From Candidatus Babeliales bacterium (GTDB taxonomy: Bacteria; Babelota; Babeliae; Babelales; JANWKD01): a stretch of 64,000 nt of DNA. Shown here piece after piece: positions 40,481 to 49,867 of the stretch. The notes below the pieces were generated by a model. It saw only the letters and a list, made by a program, of their open reading frames with translations. It ran no database searches and was not told the DNA's origin. Position 1 is the first letter of the stretch. Each line of letters opens with the position of its first letter. The position numbers and the translations under genes are program-made. Location of the stretch: contig CAVRJO010000001.1 of assembly GCA_963722255.1 (NCBI GenBank), positions 448,001-512,000 of the forward strand, in the 5' to 3' direction.

Positions 40481-41930
40481 TGTTAGCGCAAAGTGATAAG
40501 TTCCTATTATAGCGCAAAGTAAAAAGTTCCGGTTTTTAGGGTAAACTTAATCTTGTAAACAAAAAGAAAAACTCTAAAAATGCAACGGAACTTATATGGA
40601 ATATATTACCATGAATCGCAAAGAACGAGAACAGGCAAAAGTGTTTGTTCAGGTTAAAGAAGGAAAAATGACACAGGCAGAGGCTGCAGCCCGTCTGAGA
40701 TTTACAGAGCGGTGGGTCAGAGAAAAATATGGAAGATATTGTGAATCTGACGACTTTGGCCTTGTACATGGCAATAGGGGAAAAGAAAGCCCAAATAGAT
40801 GGGATCAAGGAGAAGAACGATTGTTAATCTCATTGTTAGAAAGCGATTGGCAAGGCTTTGGGCCAACCTTTGCGGCTGAAAAACTTAAAGAGTTGCATGG
40901 AATAAAGATAAGTCGAGAAGCTGTTAGAAAGGTCATGATTAAGGCAGGAATATGGCAACCTAAAAAACAGCGCAGCAAGCATCGCAAGCGACGAGAAAGA
41001 AGGCGTATGTTTGGCATAATGATTCAGCTTGATGGCTCTCCACATGACTGGTTTGAAGGGCGTGCTGGGGTATGTACCTTACTTGTTTTTATTGACGATG
41101 CTACTGGCCAAATCCTTTGGCTTGAGTTTGCCCCTTCTGAATCGATGCATGCTTTAATGACCGCAACTAAAAATTACGTTGAAAAATATGGGATTCCTCA
41201 AACTTTTTATACTGACCACGGTTCTGTTTTCCATGTTAATTTGAGTAATCAAGAAAATATTAAAAAGACCCAATGGGAGCGCGCTTGTAAAGATTTGGGA
41301 ATTGATGTTATACATGCCAATAGTCCTCAGGCAAAGGGCCGCGTTGAACGTTGCAATCAAACCCTTCAAGATCGCCTTATTAAGGAAATGAGACTTGCTG
41401 GGATATCATCAATAGATCAAGCAAATAATTATCTGCGAACAAGCAATTATATTGCAAAGCATAATGCTGCATTTCAAGTTCCTGCTGCCCAAGAAGGCGA
41501 TGCCCATGCTAGCGCTCAATCATTTGATTTAAACGATATATTTAGCACACAAGAGACTCGTATTCTTACGAATGATTTTACTATTACCTACCAAAAACAG
41601 ATTTTTCAATTAAGCGATCAGCAAAAAACAATCATTTTTCCAAAAAATACCATTGTTGTTAAAGTACATTTAAATGGAACCATAAAACTGTGGATTCGAA
41701 AAACAGAACTTTCTTTTAGCGAAATCTACCAACGACCAACCCCCCAAATTCAGGAGAAAAAAATATCTGACTGTATACCAAGAAAGCCTTCAAAAAATAG
41801 CCAACGTTGGGCAGGCGGGTTGCCCCCTAGTGAGAGTAGGTTGAAGCCGGTCGCGCCGGCCGTGGAGGCGCTTTAATGTTAGGAACTTTTTACTTTGCTA
41901 AATACCGGAACTTTTCACGTTGCGTTGACA
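40481..41930 (+). mobile_element. IS1202-family (ISNCY) insertion sequence
   Basis: TGT...ACA ends with doubled internal GCAAAGT..AAGTTCC motifs; 15-bp duplication AAAAATATTAATTTT at 40466-40480 and 41931-41945. Confidence 0.9.
40596..41876 (+). CDS. ISNCY/IS1202-type DDE transposase
   Basis: HGNRG, FGPTFAAEKL, QLDGS.HDWFE, IDDAT, YTD, SPQAKGRVER motifs. Confidence 0.93.
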   Translation: MEYITMNRKEREQAKVFVQVKEGKMTQAEAAARLRFTERWVREKYGRYCESDDFGLVHGNRGKESPNRWDQGEERLLISLLESDWQGFGPTFAAEKLKELHGIKISREAVRKVMIKAGIWQPKKQRSKHRKRRERRRMFGIMIQLDGSPHDWFEGRAGVCTLLVFIDDATGQILWLEFAPSESMHALMTATKNYVEKYGIPQTFYTDHGSVFHVNLSNQENIKKTQWERACKDLGIDVIHANSPQAKGRVERCNQTLQDRLIKEMRLAGISSIDQANNYLRTSNYIAKHNAAFQVPAAQEGDAHASAQSFDLNDIFSTQETRILTNDFTITYQKQIFQLSDQQKTIIFPKNTIVVKVHLNGTIKLWIRKTELSFSEIYQRPTPQIQEKKISDCIPRKPSKNSQRWAGGLPPSESRLKPVAPAVEAL

Positions 41931-42056
41931 AAAAATATTAATTTTTTTACAAAATGATCTCAATAAGCAACAAAACATGTTCGTTCGCAAAAAAATCGGG
42001 TATTTGTGGGTATAATTGGATATAAATATGGGTATATTAGCTTAAAAATTTAAAAT

Positions 42057-43247
42057 CTATCCCATGATCTTCTTAATCAATTGGCCAGCTTTAGACCAAG
42101 GGATTAAATTTCCTTGCTCTCCGGAAAATAACTTGTCTCCACCATAAACTACATAGGAGTTTTCTTGAGGATGCTCTGCTATAAGATTCCATTTTTTTAA
42201 TGCATTAAAATAGTTTGAGTTATACATTTCTCCTGATTTAATTTCAATAGGAACAAAATGATCACCTTTAGCAATAAGACAATCAACTTCTATATCTCCA
42301 TTTTTATCTCGCCAAAAATAGCATGGTGCCTGTAAACCCTGATTGTAAAACTGCTTATAAAAATCGGAGATAATAAATCCTTCAAAGAGGTTTCCATACA
42401 AAGAATTAAGAGACAAACTCTTTGCCGAATCAATTTCTAATAATGAACATGCCAAACCTGTATCATAAAAGTAGATTTTGGGAGTCTTGGTGATTCGTTT
42501 ATTGAAATTATTCCAATGAGGTCGCAAAAGAAAAATAATATAATTCGCTTCAAGAACAGTAAGCCAGCTATGAACAGTCTGTACACTAATGCCACAATTG
42601 GTAGCTAAATCGGTATAATTTAAGAGTTGTCCAACCCGAGCAGCACAAAGCTTAAGAAATTTTTGAAACGTACTTAAATTCGTTACATTAATAAGTTGCC
42701 GCACATCGCGCTCTATATACGTCTGAATATAGGAGGGATACAACTCACGAGGTTCAAAATCAGAGCTATAGATACGAGGATAACTACCTTTGAATATAAT
42801 CTCTTCAGGATGATCATTATCCAAAAGTTTACTTTCGGCCAATTCATGTAATGAAAACGGCAACAGGGTCAAAATCCCAACTCTGCCTGCCAAAGACTGT
42901 GTAATCGCTTCGTTCATTAAAAAATTTTGTGATCCCGTTAAAACAAAATAACCGGGACGATTTTTTTCATCAACAATTACTTTTATATATGATAATAGCT
43001 CTGGAAAATTCTGAAACTCATCAATAATAAGGCCTTGTTCATTCTCATATTTTCTTAAAATGCCTTTAGGGTCAGATTTAATAAGAGATAAAAGTTCAAG
43101 ATCGTCTAAATTAAGATAGGCATAATTTTTAAAGGCATGCTTAGCCAAGGTTGTTTTTCCTGATTGACGAGGCCCCAAAAGAGCAATCACGGGAAATTTA
43201 CTATATCTTTCAAAGGTTTTTTCTAAATCTCTGGTAAAAAAAGGCAT
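42057..43247 (-). CDS. AAA+ ATPase with DUF4143 / PD-(D/E)xK C-terminus
   Basis: GPRQSGKT, IIDEFQ, LTGSQ, LAGR, KTPKIYFYDTG, EVD...PIEIKS motifs. Confidence 0.9.
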   Translation of the reverse strand: MPFFTRDLEKTFERYSKFPVIALLGPRQSGKTTLAKHAFKNYAYLNLDDLELLSLIKSDPKGILRKYENEQGLIIDEFQNFPELLSYIKVIVDEKNRPGYFVLTGSQNFLMNEAITQSLAGRVGILTLLPFSLHELAESKLLDNDHPEEIIFKGSYPRIYSSDFEPRELYPSYIQTYIERDVRQLINVTNLSTFQKFLKLCAARVGQLLNYTDLATNCGISVQTVHSWLTVLEANYIIFLLRPHWNNFNKRITKTPKIYFYDTGLACSLLEIDSAKSLSLNSLYGNLFEGFIISDFYKQFYNQGLQAPCYFWRDKNGDIEVDCLIAKGDHFVPIEIKSGEMYNSNYFNALKKWNLIAEHPQENSYVVYGGDKLFSGEQGNLIPWSKAGQLIKKIMG

Positions 43248-43423
43248 GATCGGATTCCCCACCTTTATGCTAATCTCTAACTCTTGTTTAAGATTAGCAT
43301 AAATAAACCTATAAAAGCTAGTAAAAAATAGGCAAATTTATCGGGTTAAACCTGTTTTCTTGAAGAATTGGATATTTGTGGATATAATTGGGTATAATTG
43401 GATATAAATATGGGTATCAAACA

Positions 43424-44473
43424 ATGTTAAAAATCTCAGAAATCACTATTACATCAGAAATTTTAAATCTCATTGCTGAAATTGATCAATTTAAAGGAGC
43501 GTGGCAACTATTTGGCCAATTAACTCCTGAAAGGCTCAATGCATTACGTCATGTTGCAACCATAGAAAGCATAGGATCATCAACGCGCATTGAGGGGGCT
43601 AAGCTTTCTGATGATGAGATCGAAAAGCTCTTATCGGGCATAAAAACCAATTCTTTTCGTTCACGCGATGAACAAGAGGTTGCGGGATATGCTTTTGTAT
43701 GCCATGAGATATTCACCAGTTATGCATCAATACCTTTCACTGAAAATAGCATTAAACAGCTTCATCGTTGGTTATTACAATTTTCTGAAAAAGATGAACG
43801 GCACAGAGGTGAGTATAAAAAATTCCCAAATAATGTTGAAGCCTTTGATGCATCTGGCAAAAGTTTAGGTGTTGTTTTTGAAACAGCGAGCCCCTTTGAA
43901 ACGCCACTCGATATGCAAGAACTTATTGCGTGGACACGTGAACATTTAGAAACAAAATCATTACATCCCTTACTCACAATAGGTATGTTCACTGTTCTCT
44001 TTTTGGCCATTCACCCCTTTCAAGATGGAAATGGAAGACTTTCACGCATACTTACCACACTACTTCTTCTTCAAGCCGGCTATTTATACGTACCCTATAG
44101 TTCGCTTGAAAGTATTATTGAACATCATAAAGAGAAATATTATATTGCCTTACAACGCACCCAACGGTCACTAAAAAAAGAACATCCGGATTATCATTCA
44201 TGGCTTATCTTTTTTTTACGTTCTCTCAAAGAACAAAAAAATCATCTTGAACAAAAAATTTCACGTGAAAAAATGATAGGCTTGCACATAACACCCCTTT
44301 CGGCACAAATTCTTTTATTACTTAATGAACATGGACGCCTTACCATCAGCGAGCTGGTTGAGATGACTGCTGCCAATAGAAATACATTAAAAAAACATCT
44401 GATTCAAATGGTACAAAGCCTCCATATCGCCAAGCATGGAAAAGGCAGAGGCACCTGGTACACACTTGCATAA
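43424..44473 (+). CDS. Fic family protein with C-terminal winged HTH
   Basis: HPFQDGNGRLSR canonical Fic motif; SSTRIEG inhibitory-type motif; C-terminal G.GRGTWY. Confidence 0.93.
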   Translation: MLKISEITITSEILNLIAEIDQFKGAWQLFGQLTPERLNALRHVATIESIGSSTRIEGAKLSDDEIEKLLSGIKTNSFRSRDEQEVAGYAFVCHEIFTSYASIPFTENSIKQLHRWLLQFSEKDERHRGEYKKFPNNVEAFDASGKSLGVVFETASPFETPLDMQELIAWTREHLETKSLHPLLTIGMFTVLFLAIHPFQDGNGRLSRILTTLLLLQAGYLYVPYSSLESIIEHHKEKYYIALQRTQRSLKKEHPDYHSWLIFFLRSLKEQKNHLEQKISREKMIGLHITPLSAQILLLLNEHGRLTISELVEMTAANRNTLKKHLIQMVQSLHIAKHGKGRGTWYTLA

Positions 44474-44550
44474 AGCAAACTGATATTGCATATTTATCTT
44501 TTCTTAATTAGATTCATGCCAAACTGTTAGTTAAAAAGGAGTTACTAAGT

Positions 44551-45516
44551 ATGATAACTACGCATATGGCATCCAACGAAATCTATGATGCTAAAAAATT
44601 TATAAAAAAGATTCTGATCTTTTTTTCACCTCTTATTGTTATATTTCTTGTGAATTATATTGTTGACCCCTTTAATCTAAATCGCATGGTGTCATTGCCA
44701 TTTGATAAACAAGAGATCGCCTGCCACTTTAATGAACGCTTATGGAAACTTACTAATTTTCTTAATCATCCCGTAGAAAATATCATTCTTGGTGATTCGC
44801 GAGCAAGTCGACTTTCAGAAAAAACAGTTGAAAAGCTTATGAACAAGCCTTTTACCAACCTTTCCTTGAGTGGTGCTACACTTGTAGAAATTATTGATAC
44901 CTTCTGGTTTGCATCGGAACATATAAAACTTCAAGAAGTTATTTTATGCATTAACTTTGATCGTTTTAATGACTGGCAAAAGGCCAATGGTGTCACACAA
45001 GCAGTGAATAGTATAAATAACCCTCTTATGAACTATTTTCAACCACAAACATGTAAAGCCGCCGGATTGTTATTTTTACAAAAAGTAACCATTAAAAAAG
45101 TTATTTCACAACAACCCCCGGTAAGCCGAGATGCTTTTTGGCAATTTCAAATCGATGAGGTTGATATGGGTTACAAACGATTTGTATTTCCAAGTTATGC
45201 TTCAAGCCAATTATCATCAATTGCTAACTATTGCAAAAAACATGCTATAAGTCTTTCTTTTGTCATTTTTCCAACACATTATGATTTGCAAAAACGAATA
45301 GATCATGCGAATCTTAGGCAACACGAAGGAGCATTTAAAGAATTTCTTACTTCATTAGCCCCGGTTCATGATTTTGATATCGCAAATGATTTCACTTTAA
45401 ATAGGGATAATTTTGATGACCCAAAACATGTATCTTTTACAGCAATGGATAAGCTTATAACATCCTGCTGGAGTTCAAATATAACCAATGCAAAAAAAGA
45501 TCAGACGGATGATTAA
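44551..45516 (+). CDS. membrane-anchored SGNH-like protein (probable O-acylation partner of MBOAT)
   Basis: N-terminal TM + VDPF; ILGDSR; NLSLSG; F.D..H motif; adjacent to MBOAT gene. Confidence 0.65.
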   Translation: MITTHMASNEIYDAKKFIKKILIFFSPLIVIFLVNYIVDPFNLNRMVSLPFDKQEIACHFNERLWKLTNFLNHPVENIILGDSRASRLSEKTVEKLMNKPFTNLSLSGATLVEIIDTFWFASEHIKLQEVILCINFDRFNDWQKANGVTQAVNSINNPLMNYFQPQTCKAAGLLFLQKVTIKKVISQQPPVSRDAFWQFQIDEVDMGYKRFVFPSYASSQLSSIANYCKKHAISLSFVIFPTHYDLQKRIDHANLRQHEGAFKEFLTSLAPVHDFDIANDFTLNRDNFDDPKHVSFTAMDKLITSCWSSNITNAKKDQTDD

Positions 45517-46944
45517 AACTGAAAATAAATAAATTGATGTCCGCCAAATTCACCAAGTAAAAAAATAGCTCCAATGCTGATATAATACATAATAATACGA
45601 AGATACTTTGAAACATGCACCAAATTATACCGAATATGGCCAGTGTAATGCTGTAGCAGTTGAACTAACCAAACCCCTAGAGTAAGCATAAAAAGGGGTA
45701 GGATATCAAAGCTTCTTGCCATAACTACTGCTCGACGTAGCTGCAATAAAGAAGACCAGTGCGTAAGATCCATAAACATATGCTGCACAACATACCATGC
45801 GTCAGAAAGACTATTTGCCCTAAAAAAGATCCAGGCAAAACAGGTAAGACTAAAAGTAATAACGACACGAACACTATGAGGTAAAGCAGCGTACTAATAA
45901 ATTGGGAATATAGAGTGCCATAAGCATATACAACCCATGCAATGCTCCCCAAATGACAAAAGTCCAATTTGAACCATGCCATAACCCACTTACCAAAAAA
46001 GTTACTATAATATTCATTTGAAAACGTATAAAAGAAACTCTATTACCGCCTAAGGGAATATACACATAATCACTAAACCACGTCGAAAGTGAAATATGCC
46101 ATCGTTTCCAAAAATCTTTTATGGACGCAGCAATATAGGGCTGCCGAAAATTTTCCATTAACTTGATTCCCATGACTCGGGCAATACCAATTGCCATATA
46201 ACTGTAACCGGCAAAATCACAAAAAATCTGAAATGCAAAAAGATAGGTTGCAAAAAGAAGTGGCCATCCAATATAGTCATGAACATTATTGTAAACGGCA
46301 TCAACATACTTTGCCACATTATCAGCTACTACAATTTTTAATACCATGCCTCCAAGAAAAGTTCTCAAGCCGATAATGGCATTATCATAGGAAAATTGTT
46401 CTCGTTTATTAAATTGAGCTAATAAATTACGTGCTCGCTCAATAGGGCCAGCAACAAGCTGTGGAAAATAGGTAACAAATAAAGCAAATTTTCCAAAATG
46501 GCGCTCAGCTTTTTGTTTTCCATAAAAGACATCCAGGGTATAACTCATAGTTTGAAAAGTAAAAAATGAAATACCAACTGGTAAGGTAAAAGTAAAAGGA
46601 GCATAGGAATGTTTTATGACAAAAAACTCTAGCATACTATGCAAGGCATGATAAAAGAAATCGATATACTTAAAAATAAATAAAATACCTAACGTAATTA
46701 CCATACTTAGATAGAGATAGAGCTTTTTTGCTTTACCTGAAACAGTGTCTTCTATTGCAATACTTACGGCATAATTTACCACCGTTGCAAGGCCAATCAG
46801 AAGAATATACAAAGGCTGCCAGCTCATGTAAAAATAACAACTTGCAATGAGTAAGACAAACCAAGAATATTGGGTGGGAACCAGATAATATCCCAGTGTG
46901 ACAATGGGGAAAAATAGACAAAAATGAAGCGAATTAAACAGCAT
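45513..46944 (-). pseudogene. MBOAT O-acyltransferase (AlgI/DltB-like), frameshifted near 3' end
   Basis: LPVGISFFTFQ, FWKRWHISLS, SGLWHG motifs; C-terminal CFAWIFFRA...FIYFQF continues in the +1 frame from about 45880. Confidence 0.85.
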
Positions 46945-47107
46945 AGAAATCCTTTTTCAATAAACCACACCAAACCTACCAAGAATAGAAATAAAAAACA
47001 ATTTTAGCAGCCCAGTTATGTTTTATTCTAAAAAAATGTAAACTAATACTATTCTGCTTGTGTATTTACCGTAGTATACTTAATAACCTAAAAATTTAAG
47101 GATCTCC

Positions 47108-47656
47108 ATGGAAGATTTTAAAACAATGCTTTTTGACACTATAAGTGCATTCAAAAACCAAAAAAATGAACCTATTGATTGGACCATTGCATGGGAAGAT
47201 GCTGATAAGTTCGAAATGATCCTTGATGCTGTCGATGCTTTAATTGATGGTGTAGCGCTTATACCGGATATTGAAGAAGCAAAGCGTATTAACCTACTAG
47301 GTAGGCTTGCGTTAAATCGTTCTCATATTTCACATTGTTATGGCAACGAACAGCAAATTGCTCACTTTATTAAGCATGGCCAAAACTTAGAAGGCATCCT
47401 TAAAGATGTTCTTAATGCATCTAACTGGTTAAAAACAGCTCAGGATAGATTTGAAGAGTATGTAGAATTTGAAGATACGGTTACTGAAGAAACAGATGTA
47501 ACCCAAAAACAACTTGATCATTTCCGCCCTATCTTAATGGCTCTAGCTGCAATGGCAATCATCACTATCGAACAAGAAGAATCTTCTGAAGAAGATGAAG
47601 ATGAATTCAATGTTGAAGAAGAAGATGAAGACGAATGTGGTGAATACTGCGATTAA
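47108..47656 (+). CDS. hypothetical protein with acidic C-terminal tail
   Basis: 182-aa ORF with AGGA RBS; E/D-rich tail. Confidence 0.7.
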   Translation: MEDFKTMLFDTISAFKNQKNEPIDWTIAWEDADKFEMILDAVDALIDGVALIPDIEEAKRINLLGRLALNRSHISHCYGNEQQIAHFIKHGQNLEGILKDVLNASNWLKTAQDRFEEYVEFEDTVTEETDVTQKQLDHFRPILMALAAMAIITIEQEESSEEDEDEFNVEEEDEDECGEYCD

Positions 47657-47712
47657 TCATCTACAAGTTTATATAGGTAATCTTGAATAAAATTGAGATT
47701 ACCTATATTTTT

Positions 47713-48564
47713 TTATGCTTTTACCATTCTCATTGATAGATACCAACCAAATCTCTTTGATAAGAAATATAACCATGAATTTGGAATAAAACGGTATAGA
47801 CGACTTACTCCAGGTATGTGGGGCAAATCTTCTCGATTTAGTTTTCTTATATCAGTTTTTATTACCTTAAAGCCAGCTTTAGAACATATTTTTTTTAACT
47901 CATTCTTGCCATATACATTCACCAAAGCTTTGCATGAACTTGTAGTAAATTCAATCTGAGATAAACGATCTTTAAGAGACATTTTTAAAAATTTACCGGA
48001 TAATAACCAATCAAAAACCATAAGATGTAAAAGATAGAAAATAGAATATTTATAGTAAACGATAATCTGAACTTCTCCAGAATCTTTTACATATGCATGC
48101 ATATTTTCTAAAGCTTTACTCATATTTGGTGTATGATGTAAAACACCAAAACTAAAAATATAGTCGTACTGTTCGGGCAATGACAGTTTTTCAACATCCA
48201 TTTCAAAAAACTTTCCTTCAAGACCACAATAATCAAGATGTTTTTTTGCAATTATCGGATTATCAGGCGTTATATCAATACCAGTGTATTCTGCACCCGC
48301 TTTGCAAAATTGATATGCATCATATCCGGCACCACAGCCAATTTCTAAAACTTTCTTTCCTCGAAAACGTTCAAAATGAACTATTTCATTCATCCATTCA
48401 CATTCTTGTGTAGATCTTTTTTCCAAAACAGAAAAAAAGAACTCACTCGTTCCTTTTGCGTAACCATTGCCAAATGTCCATCCTGCAGGATTAGTTCCCC
48501 AGACATTTTTTGTTGCCTGTTTTATTGCTTCTTCATTATTCACAAAAGACTCCTTTAATAACAT
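47713..48564 (-). CDS. class I SAM-dependent methyltransferase (polysaccharide locus, paralog 1)
   Basis: VLEIGCGAG, GIDIT, SFGVLHHT motifs. Confidence 0.88.
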   Translation of the reverse strand: MLLKESFVNNEEAIKQATKNVWGTNPAGWTFGNGYAKGTSEFFFSVLEKRSTQECEWMNEIVHFERFRGKKVLEIGCGAGYDAYQFCKAGAEYTGIDITPDNPIIAKKHLDYCGLEGKFFEMDVEKLSLPEQYDYIFSFGVLHHTPNMSKALENMHAYVKDSGEVQIIVYYKYSIFYLLHLMVFDWLLSGKFLKMSLKDRLSQIEFTTSSCKALVNVYGKNELKKICSKAGFKVIKTDIRKLNREDLPHIPGVSRLYRFIPNSWLYFLSKRFGWYLSMRMVKA

Positions 48565-48583
48565 TCATTTATTGCATTCTTCT

Positions 48584-49843
48584 TTAGAGCTCACGCTCCA
48601 TAATGCGTTCAACATGGCTCTTCCAATCATAGCATTCAAGTGCCTTTTTTCGTGCATTTGAGCCCATCAGTAGGCGTAGATCATCTTCACATTCAATCAT
48701 TCTACATGCAGCTTGCACAAATGCCTGAATCTCTTTTGGGGGTACTATGATACCCAGTTCATCGCGAACTACAAGAGGGCTTTCTAAATCTTTCATGTGT
48801 AAAGCAGGAGAAACAACCTCAGCCACTTGATCAAGGTCAGATGCAATAATCGGTTTACCCATACTTAAATATTCAAATAACTTTGTTGGTGAACCAAAAA
48901 AAGGCGTTCCATCTGCATTTGGTTGTGTTGGTGATAAAAATGCATCGCATGCAGATAAATAATTTTTTGCCTCCACAGAAAGGACTAATCCGGTGCAGGT
49001 AACTTTTTTTTGATTAATATATTCCTGAACTTCGTGTTTAAAAAATGGCAGAAGATCTCCATCTCCAATCAATAAAAAATGTGCTTGTGGCTTCTGCTTA
49101 AGAATCTCAGGTATCATCGCTGCCAAAGTGGTAATACCGTGCCACTGGCTAAATGTGCCTATAAAACCAAAGACAAAAGAATCTTCAATATCCAGCTTCT
49201 TTCTGATGCTATAACGCACATCATTCAACTTCATCGGATCTAATCGCGCGGTGTGCACCCCATTGGGATTAACAAGAATTTTCGTTTTTTTTACACCGCG
49301 TTGCACAAGTTCATCTTCTAAAGGTTTTGAAACAACTACAATCTGATCTGCACAATGAATATTAATCAATTCAAAAAAACGAAGTAACCATGTTAACTTA
49401 ATAAACTTCTTTTTAGACCAATGTAGATCAAGCCATACTTCAGAACCGTTATATTCCAAAATTAAAGGAACTTTAAACCACTTGCTTAAAATAACACCGG
49501 TACAGTTTAAAACCGCATAGCGTTGGTAGATACAATCAATTTTATTTTTTTTACATACTGCATAGCTTTGAGCAACAAAAAAAAAGTTTGAAATGAAACA
49601 GCAAACCTTCCATTTAAGCCATTGCCAACTTTTAGGAATAGTTAAGGGTTGCATAAAAGAAATTGCAAGCCCATCAAATTGCTCAATCATAATCGATGAA
49701 GCGACAATCACGGTGTAACCAAGAGCAAGAAATCCTTCAATTACTCCCAAAGTATGGCTAACCGATCCTCCTGCTTGTAATATTTTTTTGCTATAATCTG
49801 TTCTTAAATACAAAATTGTTTTTTTAGCATCCATTATCTTCAT
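48584..49843 (-). CDS. glycosyltransferase family 4
   Basis: LEYNGSE, NPNGV, GFIGTF..WHG, SPTKLFEYLSMGKPIIAS. Confidence 0.92.
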   Translation of the reverse strand: MKIMDAKKTILYLRTDYSKKILQAGGSVSHTLGVIEGFLALGYTVIVASSIMIEQFDGLAISFMQPLTIPKSWQWLKWKVCCFISNFFFVAQSYAVCKKNKIDCIYQRYAVLNCTGVILSKWFKVPLILEYNGSEVWLDLHWSKKKFIKLTWLLRFFELINIHCADQIVVVSKPLEDELVQRGVKKTKILVNPNGVHTARLDPMKLNDVRYSIRKKLDIEDSFVFGFIGTFSQWHGITTLAAMIPEILKQKPQAHFLLIGDGDLLPFFKHEVQEYINQKKVTCTGLVLSVEAKNYLSACDAFLSPTQPNADGTPFFGSPTKLFEYLSMGKPIIASDLDQVAEVVSPALHMKDLESPLVVRDELGIIVPPKEIQAFVQAACRMIECEDDLRLLMGSNARKKALECYDWKSHVERIMEREL

Positions 49844-49867
49844 TATTTTTTTTATATCCCTACTTAT

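Noticed and set aside
45725..45982. Separate 85-aa membrane ORF
   Set aside because: Off-frame overlap of the frameshifted MBOAT gene
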